Assembly (NCBI GenBank): GCA_019695235.1
Contig: JAIBAI010000003.1
Coordinates: 26,390-90,389 of the forward strand
Source of the DNA: Bacteroidia bacterium
GTDB lineage: Bacteria; Bacteroidota; Bacteroidia; M30B66
Direction of reading: 5' to 3'
Length of the DNA stretch: 64,000 bases
The notes under the pieces were generated by a model, which did no database searches, had not been told where the DNA came from, and worked only from the letters and a program-made list of their open reading frames with translations. Made by a program: the position numbers and the translations under genes. Positions 27,890-37,236 of this stretch are shown in pieces. Positions within the stretch are counted from its first letter, which is position 1, and every line of letters starts with the position of its first letter.

Positions 27890-29236
27890 TTAGAATTTAT
27901 TGAGTTGTTTGTCGAGCAACACACGTGCATTGAGCAATTGTGCCGCGCTGTTGATATAGTTACTTTGTGCACTAAGCAAATCGTTTTCAGACTGCATCAG
28001 CTCAAGGCTTGAGCCTACGCCTTCACGATATTTTGTATTAGCCTTTTCCTTAATTTTTTTGGCTAAATCAACACTTTCGCTATTGTTCTTAAAACTGTTC
28101 AATGCAGCTTTGTATTCAGTAAGTGCCTGTGCCGACTGAAGAGAATAGCCTTGAAGGGCCTGGGTCTGGGTGGTTTTAAATTTCTTCAATTCAAGATTGG
28201 CTTGTTGTATCCTGGCTCTCTGGCTAAGACCCTGGAACAGGGGGACGCTTAAATTTAGTCCGAAGATATTTCCTCCGCTTACCCTGAAATTAGGGTCTGT
28301 TAACTTATCAAACTGGTTTCCTACACGGTTCTCTTTCCAGGTGTAAAAGGTGCTTAAGGTAGGCAGATAGTTGGCCATCAAACGCTTGCGGTTCAACTCC
28401 TGTAACTTCAATCCTGACGAGAGAATTTGATAATCAGCACTTGCATTAAAATCAAACTTTAATTCCTGGTTATTTTCTACTGCCGCACCTGCAAGAACTG
28501 CATCAAAAGAATCACTAAGGGTCATCGGTTTATCTACTTCATATCCCATTTGAAACTTCAAATACTTTTCTGCCAGCACCGTTTGCTGTTCAAGGGTCTG
28601 AAGGGTTGTCGAAAGATTGGTTTTCAATAAACGCAGACGGTCAATGTCCATTTCTTCGATAAAACCTTCCTTATAGATAGCTTCCGTTTCACTAAGTGTT
28701 TTATCAAGGGTTTGTACACTTTCGGTCAAAATCCGCTGGTTTTCCTTTAAGATTAAAATAGTATAATAGGCTTTGGTAACACTTTCCTTGACTTCTACTT
28801 CTGATTTTCTCAATGAATTTTTGGTGTGGTCAACGTAAGAGCGTGAAGCCTGCAGGCCTACCAGATACTCCCCGTTAAATAATAACCACGACGCGGTGTA
28901 ACCATAAGAAAGATTGTACTTAATCCCGAAGGGAAGCCGCAAATAAGTGTCTTTCGGAGCCGAAGGATAGAAAGCATCCGCCTGAATAAGACTTACCGGC
29001 ACCTGCAAGAAGTTCTGAAACGAAGCTTCAGCATTTAACTGCGGTATTCCGGCACCTCTTACCTCCGCCACCTTCTTTCGTGCAATTTCAATGTCGGTAT
29101 TTGCATTTGTTACAGTATAGGCGTTTTTTACAGCAAAATCAATCGCCTGGGCAAGCGTGAACGACTGTCCGGTATCCTGCCCCCAAACAAGTGTTTGCAG
29201 CAAAAGGGTAAAACATAGAATTATGCTTTTTTTCAT
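27890..29236 (-). CDS. TolC-family outer membrane efflux protein
   Basis: Signal peptide MKKSIILCFTLLLQTLVWGQ and a two-fold repeated alpha-helical/beta pattern typical of TolC/OprM-like factors. The ATG at 29236 avoids overlap with the upstream TetR gene. Confidence 0.85.
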   Translation of the reverse strand: MKKSIILCFTLLLQTLVWGQDTGQSFTLAQAIDFAVKNAYTVTNANTDIEIARKKVAEVRGAGIPQLNAEASFQNFLQVPVSLIQADAFYPSAPKDTYLRLPFGIKYNLSYGYTASWLLFNGEYLVGLQASRSYVDHTKNSLRKSEVEVKESVTKAYYTILILKENQRILTESVQTLDKTLSETEAIYKEGFIEEMDIDRLRLLKTNLSTTLQTLEQQTVLAEKYLKFQMGYEVDKPMTLSDSFDAVLAGAAVENNQELKFDFNASADYQILSSGLKLQELNRKRLMANYLPTLSTFYTWKENRVGNQFDKLTDPNFRVSGGNIFGLNLSVPLFQGLSQRARIQQANLELKKFKTTQTQALQGYSLQSAQALTEYKAALNSFKNNSESVDLAKKIKEKANTKYREGVGSSLELMQSENDLLSAQSNYINSAAQLLNARVLLDKQLNKF

Positions 29237-29238
29237 AT

Positions 29239-29898
29239 TTAGTTGGATGATTGCATTTGAATAAGTTTGTCTTCGAGGTATTGCAAGCCTGCTACGTTGC
29301 ACACTCCCCGTAAATGATATTTAAGGGTTTCTAAGAAAAATTCCTGGGGGTTGACTATGTCTGATGACAAGCGGCTGTGATCTACCAACAGGTCAATCTT
29401 TTCACAGTATAAGCGGGCAATTAGGCCAGGATTTATATCTTCGCGATACATGCCCTCTTTTATACCCCGCTCGACGTTTGCCTGAATGGTGTCAATGATG
29501 AACCCCAGCCGGTGTGCTTCAAATACCTGCCAGGCTTCGGGATAATACTTCTGCATCTCAAATAGGGTAGAAGGATGTATCTCTTGAAAACGTTCTGAAA
29601 TAAAGCGACTAATGGCAAACAGTTCATCAATGACATTCAAATGCTGGTTCATCAGCTCCTTAACCCTTTCTTCATCCTGTTCAATCTCCCGGCTTACTGT
29701 TTTAAGCACCAAATCGTTCTTGTCAGTAACAAACTGGTACAGGGTTTTCTTTGAAATACCCATCTCGCGACTCACATCGTCCATGGTTACATTGCGTAAA
29801 CCACAACGCAGAAAAATCTTGCGCACCCGCAGCAGCAATTGTTCAGTTTTCGCTTTCACGGCGACAAAGGTAAAAAGAATGTTGATACATGGAAACAT
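29239..29898 (-). CDS. TetR/AcrR-family transcriptional regulator, first gene of the efflux operon
   Basis: N-terminal HTH LLRVRKIFLRCGLRNVTMDDVSREMGISKKTLYQFVTDKNDLV with an all-helical C-terminal ligand domain. The stop codon lies 2 nt before the TolC start. Confidence 0.85.
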   Translation of the reverse strand: MFPCINILFTFVAVKAKTEQLLLRVRKIFLRCGLRNVTMDDVSREMGISKKTLYQFVTDKNDLVLKTVSREIEQDEERVKELMNQHLNVIDELFAISRFISERFQEIHPSTLFEMQKYYPEAWQVFEAHRLGFIIDTIQANVERGIKEGMYREDINPGLIARLYCEKIDLLVDHSRLSSDIVNPQEFFLETLKYHLRGVCNVAGLQYLEDKLIQMQSSN

Positions 29899-30070
29899 TT
29901 ATTTTGTTTTTCGTTTCCACTGTTTATGTTGTTTTCAGTAGTAAAAGTTAAGACCCTTTCAAAAAATAGGTACCTGCGAAACAAATTTCATTCTCCTTTG
30001 TTTTGGTGTATCACGTTGAAGAAGCAAATTTTTGAAGATCTCTTCTTCCGGAAAACTTGACCCAAAGCCC

Positions 30071-30754
30071 ATGAATATTAAGGTAGATATATGGACCGAT
30101 GTAATGTGTCCGTTCTGCTATATAGGCAAGAGAAATTTCGAAATCGCTTTAAAGCAGTCGGGGCTCGCCGAACAGCTTGACATTCACTATAAGAGTTTTC
30201 AGTTAAACCCCTCTTTCAAAAGTGAAAGCCCTGTGAAGGTTTACGATTATCTTGCCCAAACCAAAGGTTGGACAATTGAATACTCAAGGCAGGTGCATGA
30301 ACATGTGAGTACGATGGCTGCATCAGTTGGTCTTACTTTTAACTTTGACCTTGCAGTAGTTGCCAATTCATTCGATGCACATCGTTTATTGCAGTATGCC
30401 AAAACAGTGCAAAAAGCCGATGTACTCAATGAGGCATTGTTTGATGCCCACTTCTGCCAGGGTATTAACACCGGAGATCACCAAGAATTATTACGGTTGG
30501 CGCTGAGGTCTGGCTTAGACGCTGAGGCTACGGGAAGAGTGCTTGCAGACAACGAATTCGCTGCTGCTGTTGAAGAAGATATGTACGAAGCCAGGCTTTT
30601 AGGTATTTCCGGAGTGCCGTTCTTCTTGTTTAATTGTAAATATGCCGTTTCAGGTGCGCAAGCCCCGGAAGTATTTTTAAACGCACTTCAAAAATGCATA
30701 GATGCTCAAGCTTCAATGCCCGAAGCTATCCAAGGCGGCGATAATCATTTTTAA
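30071..30754 (+). CDS. DsbA-family (FrnE-like) thiol-disulfide oxidoreductase
   Basis: MNIKVDIWTDVMCPFCYIGKRNFE contains the CPFC active site. The C-terminal GISGVPFFLFNCKYAVSGAQ matches the conserved cis-Pro region. The ATG at 30071 is preferred over the upstream TTG. Confidence 0.8.
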   Translation: MNIKVDIWTDVMCPFCYIGKRNFEIALKQSGLAEQLDIHYKSFQLNPSFKSESPVKVYDYLAQTKGWTIEYSRQVHEHVSTMAASVGLTFNFDLAVVANSFDAHRLLQYAKTVQKADVLNEALFDAHFCQGINTGDHQELLRLALRSGLDAEATGRVLADNEFAAAVEEDMYEARLLGISGVPFFLFNCKYAVSGAQAPEVFLNALQKCIDAQASMPEAIQGGDNHF

Positions 30755-30755
30755 T

Positions 30756-31937
30756 TCACAAGGAACACCGAACGCCGACACGCCCCCAGTGATGCCAACG
30801 TTGGTAGGTGGTGTTTATGATCTCCGGACTTCGTGTCTGCATGCTTAGAATTACGTCAAACCGTTTTACAGGTAGCAGTGTCTGATCGCGTATATGCAGC
30901 TTGCTTAAGACGATACCGTATTCAATATCGAGAAGAAGCGGATTGTAGTTTTCATCCGGAAGCACATACGTATCCTTTTTACCGGGCTGCCCTAAAAGCA
31001 TTGAATTGTGTGGGGTAATTCGGGGTTCAGCTGAGATGAACAGATATGCTTCAAAGAAGCTTTTATTGTTGCTTGGGGTGTGTTTTGAAGGGTTAGATGG
31101 TTCGGGCCTGCCTTCTGCTTTACGAAGCAGTCGGTTGCCATTTGACAGAATAGCGCTGAGGTCATTGCTCATTAGGCTGTTGAGACTGATTTTACCTGCT
31201 TTTATTTGCACCGGCAGACCAATGCCTGTGTACCATCCCGCCTGAATATGCCCGCCTGCACTAAGGTCGAACCAGCGCCAGGTACTACCTGAATCGTTTG
31301 GGAATTGCCATAAGGAGCGCATGCTTCGAAGACTAAAAAGAAACGCAGGCGCCCCACCCCTTGAAATCTGGTGTTCCCAGGAAATATCAGTGGGGCGGCC
31401 TTTGATGAGCGAACGATGGGCAAACGACTGAAATACATTGGCCGTATTGCTGCCTAACCAGCCAAAATGCAGACCGGTCTGTGTATACCAACCTGTATGT
31501 ATATTTATTGTGTTACGCACTGTTGAGAGCCATACCAGATTAGCAAATGGGCGGTCGCCAATTACCGGACCAGGGGCGTCAATCACACGCGGGGTAAAGG
31601 CGGTAATGCCAAAAGACAGCACTGATGGGAGTACCAAGTGGTTGTTTGTTTTACTCAGTTTGTTTTGTAGCCGACTGAGCAATTCAAGTGGGATGAAAAG
31701 CAGATTGTTACGTAGTTGGGGCGACTCGAAGGAAAAGGCTGTGCCCTGGGTGTAATTCCTGTCTTGATTGATGCCGGGTAAAAAGTCAAGTAAAAAATCC
31801 TGCTCGAAGTCTATCCAAAATGCTGGTCGAACATGTTGGTCTAAAGAATCCTGCATTGATGAAATAGTGTTTGCATCCTGGCCACAAACAGGGCAAAAAA
31901 GCCAAAAGAAAAGCAATGCAAGCATGAGTACACGCAT
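30756..31937 (-). CDS. Outer-membrane protein, probable lipid A deacylase LpxR-family (DUF2219-like)
   Basis: Signal peptide MRVLMLALLFFWLFCPVCGQ, then FWIDFEQDFLLDFLPGINQDRNYTQGTAFSF, which resembles the NDxF...DRxYTxG signature I recall for LpxR/DUF2219. The remainder is beta-rich. The family assignment is tentative. Confidence 0.45.
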   Translation of the reverse strand: MRVLMLALLFFWLFCPVCGQDANTISSMQDSLDQHVRPAFWIDFEQDFLLDFLPGINQDRNYTQGTAFSFESPQLRNNLLFIPLELLSRLQNKLSKTNNHLVLPSVLSFGITAFTPRVIDAPGPVIGDRPFANLVWLSTVRNTINIHTGWYTQTGLHFGWLGSNTANVFQSFAHRSLIKGRPTDISWEHQISRGGAPAFLFSLRSMRSLWQFPNDSGSTWRWFDLSAGGHIQAGWYTGIGLPVQIKAGKISLNSLMSNDLSAILSNGNRLLRKAEGRPEPSNPSKHTPSNNKSFFEAYLFISAEPRITPHNSMLLGQPGKKDTYVLPDENYNPLLLDIEYGIVLSKLHIRDQTLLPVKRFDVILSMQTRSPEIINTTYQRWHHWGRVGVRCSL

Positions 31938-31990
31938 ACCAAGGCCATTATTTGCTTAAAAGTAGTGATTTTTCTATTCTGCGTTGAAGT

Positions 31991-33379
31991 TTATTTTGAG
32001 TTCACCTCAAGCAATAACTCGTCGAACAATGCAGCAAGTTTTTTTGTCAAGGCCTTTCGTGAAAACTGTTCAATACCAGATGAAGACACCTCTAATGTGC
32101 CTTCCTGAAATTGGTTGAACCAGGTAAGCAGATGCTGTTCTATTGTTTGAACATCATCAAAGCCTGCCACCTGACCGGCACCTGTGTTTTTTATTATTGC
32201 TGCAGCCTGACTATCCTGGGGCCCAATCATAAGTATTGGCTTGCGGGCGGCCAGGTATTCAAACAGCTTGCCGGTAAGGGTCGCTTTAGGTGAAAAGAAT
32301 CCTTTTTCTGCTGTACCGTAATTGTTGATTGCCAGCAATAGAACGGAGGCTGATTTCTGCTCTGCAATTATTTGGTCATGCGGTAGGTAATCAATTTGTT
32401 CAGTTTTTTCTTCTAAACCTGCCTGTCGGATACTTTCTATCACTGAAAAATCATTCTTCCCTATCAGACGTATTTTTACCCTTGATTTAAAATCAGGATT
32501 TGTCTCACAAAGAGATGCAACAGCCGCCCATAATAAAGGATGATTACGTCTTGCATTCATACTTCCTGTATGAACAATTGAGAAGCTGCCGTCGTTTTTA
32601 ATTAATTCATCCGGAACAATGAAGTCATCAGTATCAAAGCCATTGGTAATTACCTGTACAGCCGGTCTTCCGGGAATACTAAATTCTTCACGCATCAGGT
32701 CACTGACAACGCTTACCCTGTTTGCATGGAGCAATACCTGTTTCTCAAGGAATGCATTGCGTTTTCTCGCATAGCCTGTCATGGGCAGGTCGCCTGCAAA
32801 ATCAATATTGGTCCATGGGTCACGAAAATCGGCAAGCCAGGGGAGGTTCATTTTCTTTTTAAGCTTCAGCGCTATGACGTGCATGCTGTGAGGTGGGCCA
32901 GTGCTTACGATTAAATCAACTTTGTTTTCTTTGAGCCATTTACGCAAGAATTTAACCGACGGATTTATCCAAAAGCAGCGTGCATCCGGAATAAAAACAT
33001 TTGCACGCAGCCATAGAGAGATAAAACGACTCCATTTTTTGCCGCCTGATTTCTCCTGCAGAAATCCCGAAACGACACGCTCTTTGGTGTTTTGCCCGGT
33101 AAATTTTTTGTAAAGCTTATAGGGCTCCCAGACGGCAGTTTTAAGCACTTGTAAACCGGGCGGAATGTCTTTTGCCAGACTCGTGTCTAAAACCGGATAT
33201 TCAGCCTGATCAGCAGTATAAATGATTGGCTGATAACCATGTTCATGCAGGTATTTTGTAAATTTCAGCCAGCGCTGCACCCCTGCACCTCCTGAGGGTG
33301 GCCAATAATAAGTGAGTATCAATACCTTTTTCTGGTCGGCTGGTTGTTTGGTTTCCAAATTGCTGAATGATTTAGGCAT
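31991..33379 (-). CDS. Glycosyltransferase, GT4-like (GT-B fold)
   Basis: N-terminal VLILTYYWPPSGGAGVQRWLKFTKYL is typical of a Bacteroidota GT4 subgroup. The C-terminal half has EKGFFSPKATLTGKLFEYLAARKPIL, an E..E-type donor-binding region. Confidence 0.75.
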   Translation of the reverse strand: MPKSFSNLETKQPADQKKVLILTYYWPPSGGAGVQRWLKFTKYLHEHGYQPIIYTADQAEYPVLDTSLAKDIPPGLQVLKTAVWEPYKLYKKFTGQNTKERVVSGFLQEKSGGKKWSRFISLWLRANVFIPDARCFWINPSVKFLRKWLKENKVDLIVSTGPPHSMHVIALKLKKKMNLPWLADFRDPWTNIDFAGDLPMTGYARKRNAFLEKQVLLHANRVSVVSDLMREEFSIPGRPAVQVITNGFDTDDFIVPDELIKNDGSFSIVHTGSMNARRNHPLLWAAVASLCETNPDFKSRVKIRLIGKNDFSVIESIRQAGLEEKTEQIDYLPHDQIIAEQKSASVLLLAINNYGTAEKGFFSPKATLTGKLFEYLAARKPILMIGPQDSQAAAIIKNTGAGQVAGFDDVQTIEQHLLTWFNQFQEGTLEVSSSGIEQFSRKALTKKLAALFDELLLEVNSK

Positions 33380-33452
33380 TCAGGCAAAAATAAGCAGATT
33401 CCTGCGAGTTATTATCCGACAGGGCGTTGAAAATAGACAAACACAGTTAACA

Positions 33453-35570
33453 TTACCTGATAACTGATATCCGGCCTACATATTGCTTGCGTTCAAGCAT
33501 GGGTGTGGTAAGAATAATCTTGTACACGTATGTGTCAATGGGAATCCGGTCTAAGACATCCCGTTTGCCTTGACCCCATTTGTCGGCAAAAGATTTGGTC
33601 TGGAAAATAATTTCCCCCCAGCGGTTGAAAATGAGCATTTCGTAGGTCACAAAGCCTTCACCGATACCCGAGAAATAATCATTGATTCCGTCGCCGTCAG
33701 GGGTAAAAGCATTGGGTACATAAAAATTAAACGGGGGATAGGCTTTGATAGGGTTTCGCACCGTATCACTGCAAAGGTTATTATCAAAAACCACTAATGA
33801 GACCCAATAACGGCAGGTATCTGCATAGGCATATAACGGATGTTGCACATCAGACCCTGCACTTTGGTCGCCAAAATCCCATTGCCAACGTGAAATATCA
33901 GGGTAAGAGAGGTCTTTGAACTGAATCGTTTTGCCGTCAATATAAGTAACATCAAACAAGGCATGAACCTGCCTTACTTTAATTTTGATGGTGCGGGTTT
34001 GGGTGATATTGCAACTGTCGGTTACGCTCACGGTATATTCGGTATCCTTCTCCGGCTGTACCATCAGTGAAGGTTCGGCAGAGCCGTTGTGCAACCAGAA
34101 ATAGCTTAGGGGCGCTTTCCCACCGGTGGCAATACCTCCAATGCGAATGCTGTTCCCGGAACAGATGGTATCTGCAAGTTTGATGTTGTACTTAAGAGGG
34201 GTATAATCTTTAATAATAGCCATCATCGAATCTCTTACCGTATTACCGCATTGGTCAGTAACGGTAACCCGGTACGAGGTAGTCGAATCAGGATTCACGG
34301 TGAGTGGGTTTCCCAGTTGCAGGTTGTTCCAGCGAACGGCGTAAGGTGCGAGACCCCCGCTGATGGCAGCTTGTAGCAAAATAGGTTCGCCCGGACAAAC
34401 AAGATTCACATCGTTGCCGGCATTCACCTGCAGAGGCCCGGGCGGGTCGAAAATGGTAAAATCTACCCGTTTGATTTTTATTTCTGTACAGCCTGTGTCC
34501 CGGTAAATGATACTCACCGGCTCACCTGCTGCCTCATTGATGTCATCTTTAAATGCGAATATGTCAAACGACACCGAGTCCTGACCAGGGGCAAAGGTGA
34601 TGGTTCTCGGAAAAGCGGTATAATCGGTGCCATAAGTGGCTGTACCTCCGGCTTCCAGAAAAACCGTCATAGGCTTGTCGGTTTGCCCGGTACGTGTAAG
34701 AATGATGCGGTTACTTCCACAATTCTCATATAATGACTGGTTGGCCCCAACGTAGCTGATTTGTTGCCGGATGTGCACTTCGGGGCTGGTAAAACTTTGG
34801 GCTTCGAGAAACACCCCTGAGTCATAAAGCCCATCACTTACATCAGCAATGGCCATGATTATGGTGTATTGCTCACAGGGTTGCACAGCTATTTCGGCTA
34901 TGAATGGCCGGGTGAAGCCATCAAACTGCACGGTAGAACCACCCCCGGTAATACCATTGCCATTATTGACAAAGTAAGCCGAATAGCTGCTTTGATTCAC
35001 GTTGTTGATGGTAACCGGTACGTTATTGGTTCCGGGTATACGGGCAATGTTCTGTGTGCCACTGATACCAGGCCCCTGGATGAAAAAGCCAAAGACATCG
35101 TTGTATTTAGAACCTACATATTCAGGGTATTCTTCGGAAGCAAAGACATATTTGAATTGTACCTTGTCGCCTTCGCAGGTAAAGTTAAAACGCAAGACAG
35201 CGGCATCATTGGTTTCTGCATCAGGGCCTAATAGATTCTGAAGAAGTGAATATCCATTTACCCCGAGGTCATCGCCGGTAGAAGCTGAGTTGTTCGGGCC
35301 AATGGCATCGTATATCTTCCCGGTACTCATGATAATTCCACTTTGCAAGCCTATATTTGAGTTGCTGCCGTTAAAACTGCCAATCATAATCGGATTGCCG
35401 GTAAAGGAAATGTTATTCACGGTAACCCCTGAACCAATCAAAACGTTTTGAACCAAAGACTGTGCATTTTGCTGAGTTACACTAAGTTGCGCATGGGAGG
35501 CACAAGGCACCAATAGCAAAAAACATCCGGCCAGAATGTTGAAGAATGTTTTATATCGCCGAATGCTCAT
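33453..35570 (-). CDS. T9SS type B cargo: choice-of-anchor-L N-domain, Calx-beta-like, Ig-like and PKD modules, gliding-motility C-terminal domain
   Basis: Signal peptide MSIRRYKTFFNILAGCFLLLVPCASHAQ. Choice-of-anchor L motifs LVQNVLIGSGVTVNNISFTG, GIIMSTG, FKYVFASEEYPEYVGSKYNDVFGFFI and DGLYDSGVFLEAQSF. Calx-like GGTATYGTDYT, PKD WQWDFGD. CTD YVPNAFTPDGDGINDYF...LIFNRWGEIIF. The ATG at 35570 is preferred. Confidence 0.85.
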   Translation of the reverse strand: MSIRRYKTFFNILAGCFLLLVPCASHAQLSVTQQNAQSLVQNVLIGSGVTVNNISFTGNPIMIGSFNGSNSNIGLQSGIIMSTGKIYDAIGPNNSASTGDDLGVNGYSLLQNLLGPDAETNDAAVLRFNFTCEGDKVQFKYVFASEEYPEYVGSKYNDVFGFFIQGPGISGTQNIARIPGTNNVPVTINNVNQSSYSAYFVNNGNGITGGGSTVQFDGFTRPFIAEIAVQPCEQYTIIMAIADVSDGLYDSGVFLEAQSFTSPEVHIRQQISYVGANQSLYENCGSNRIILTRTGQTDKPMTVFLEAGGTATYGTDYTAFPRTITFAPGQDSVSFDIFAFKDDINEAAGEPVSIIYRDTGCTEIKIKRVDFTIFDPPGPLQVNAGNDVNLVCPGEPILLQAAISGGLAPYAVRWNNLQLGNPLTVNPDSTTSYRVTVTDQCGNTVRDSMMAIIKDYTPLKYNIKLADTICSGNSIRIGGIATGGKAPLSYFWLHNGSAEPSLMVQPEKDTEYTVSVTDSCNITQTRTIKIKVRQVHALFDVTYIDGKTIQFKDLSYPDISRWQWDFGDQSAGSDVQHPLYAYADTCRYWVSLVVFDNNLCSDTVRNPIKAYPPFNFYVPNAFTPDGDGINDYFSGIGEGFVTYEMLIFNRWGEIIFQTKSFADKWGQGKRDVLDRIPIDTYVYKIILTTPMLERKQYVGRISVIR

Positions 35571-35709
35571 CAATAGGTATAACGTTTGTTGTTTTTTTTG
35601 GTTCTTTGTCAATGAATTGACGGATGCAAATTTGGTGGTTCACTGCCAAATACGTGCCACAATTCTATCAAAGATAATGAATTCGTAACAAACATCAAAA
35701 CCAACTAAC

Positions 35710-37086
35710 ATGAGCAACTACAAGGAGCTGGTTGACCAGCATAAAGACCGTTTTATCAATGAATTGTTTGAACTGCTCCGCATTCCTTCAGTGAGTGCCG
35801 ACCCTAAATACAAAGAAGATGTATTACGCATGGCCGCTGCTGTTGCAGCAAGTTTGAAGCAAGCCGGTGCAGAAAATGTCGAAGTGTGTCCTACTCCGGG
35901 TTACCCTATTGTATATGGTGAAAAAATAGTAGACGCCTCTTTACCGACGGTTCTGGTGTATGGCCATTATGATGTTCAACCGGCTGACCCTATTGATTTG
36001 TGGAGTTCACCTCCATTTGAGCCGGTGATAAAAGACGGAAAAATTTATGCACGTGGCTCATGTGACGACAAAGGCCAGATGTTTATGCATGTAAAAGCAT
36101 TTGAGCTGATGATGCAATCGGGCGCATTACCCTGTAATATCAAGTTTATGATTGAGGGTGAAGAGGAAGTTGGGTCATCTAACCTTGATGCTTTTCTGGC
36201 AGCAAACCGCGAGCGCTTAAAGGCTGATTGTGTGCTGGTTTCAGACACATCCATGATAGCCAATGATATTCCCTCTATTACTACCGGATTGCGAGGATTA
36301 AGCTATGTTGAGGTAGAGGTTACCGGCCCGAACCGTGATTTACATTCAGGCGTATATGGTGGCGGGGTGGCCAACCCGGTGAATGTTTTGTGCGAGATGA
36401 TTGCTTCATTGAAAGATGGAAATAAGAAAATCACCATTCCCGGATTTTATGCTGATGTGATTGAATTAGGTGCAGATGAACGCCGCTTAATTGCTGCCGC
36501 ACCCTTCGATGAAAAAGAATACATGCGTGAGTTGAACATCGGTGCTGTTGAAGGTGAAACGGGCTATACCACCGTTGAGCGCACTTCGGTTCGCCCTACC
36601 CTTGATGTAAATGGCATTTGGGGAGGTTATACCGGAGAAGGCGCCAAGACTGTGTTGCCATCAAAAGCCTATGCCAAGATTTCAATGCGTTTGGTTCCTA
36701 ATCAAGATCCGGATAAGATTACTGAGTTATTTAAGACCCATTTTGAAAGCATCGCTCCTGCCTCTGTAAAGGTGGAAGTGCGCCCGCATCATGGTGGCCA
36801 TCCTGCTGTTACGCCGGTTGATTCGGTAGAGTATCAGGCAGCTGCACTTGCGATGGAACAAACTTTCGGTAAAAAGCCTGTTCCGGCCCGAGGTGGAGGG
36901 AGTATCCCAATTGTAGCATCTTTTGAGCGCATCTTAGGCTTAAAAACGGTATTGATGGGATTTGGCTTAGATACTGACGATATCCATTCTCCGAATGAGC
37001 ATTATGGGGTCTTTAATTTTCTGAAAGGTATTGAAACCATACCCTATTTTCATGCACACTATGCAGCGCTGAAAAAGCGTTCGTAA
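35710..37086 (+). CDS. M20-family metallodipeptidase
   Basis: VLVYGHYDVQPADP, GSCDDKGQ, MIEGEEEVGS and the C-terminal IHSPNEH are classical M20 metal-binding and catalytic motifs. Confidence 0.85.
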   Translation: MSNYKELVDQHKDRFINELFELLRIPSVSADPKYKEDVLRMAAAVAASLKQAGAENVEVCPTPGYPIVYGEKIVDASLPTVLVYGHYDVQPADPIDLWSSPPFEPVIKDGKIYARGSCDDKGQMFMHVKAFELMMQSGALPCNIKFMIEGEEEVGSSNLDAFLAANRERLKADCVLVSDTSMIANDIPSITTGLRGLSYVEVEVTGPNRDLHSGVYGGGVANPVNVLCEMIASLKDGNKKITIPGFYADVIELGADERRLIAAAPFDEKEYMRELNIGAVEGETGYTTVERTSVRPTLDVNGIWGGYTGEGAKTVLPSKAYAKISMRLVPNQDPDKITELFKTHFESIAPASVKVEVRPHHGGHPAVTPVDSVEYQAAALAMEQTFGKKPVPARGGGSIPIVASFERILGLKTVLMGFGLDTDDIHSPNEHYGVFNFLKGIETIPYFHAHYAALKKRS

Positions 37087-37236
37087 TGAAGGGTACAGGG
37101 CAGGCTGAAAAATTTTATCAAAACAGCTGAACCCTCTTTACCCAAATTTGTTAATTTTCCGGATATGTTGGTCTTTAGGTTGCATTGACAACTTGTGAAT
37201 GTGCTTGCCTGGATAACCTTCTTAAATTGAACAAAT

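Noticed and set aside
29899-30070. GAAACAAA ... TTTGTTTT inverted repeat (29978..30004) as the TetR operator
   Set aside because: It is only a 7/8 match in an AT-rich spacer. It lies closer to the dsbA-like gene than to the tetR start, so chance occurrence is likely.
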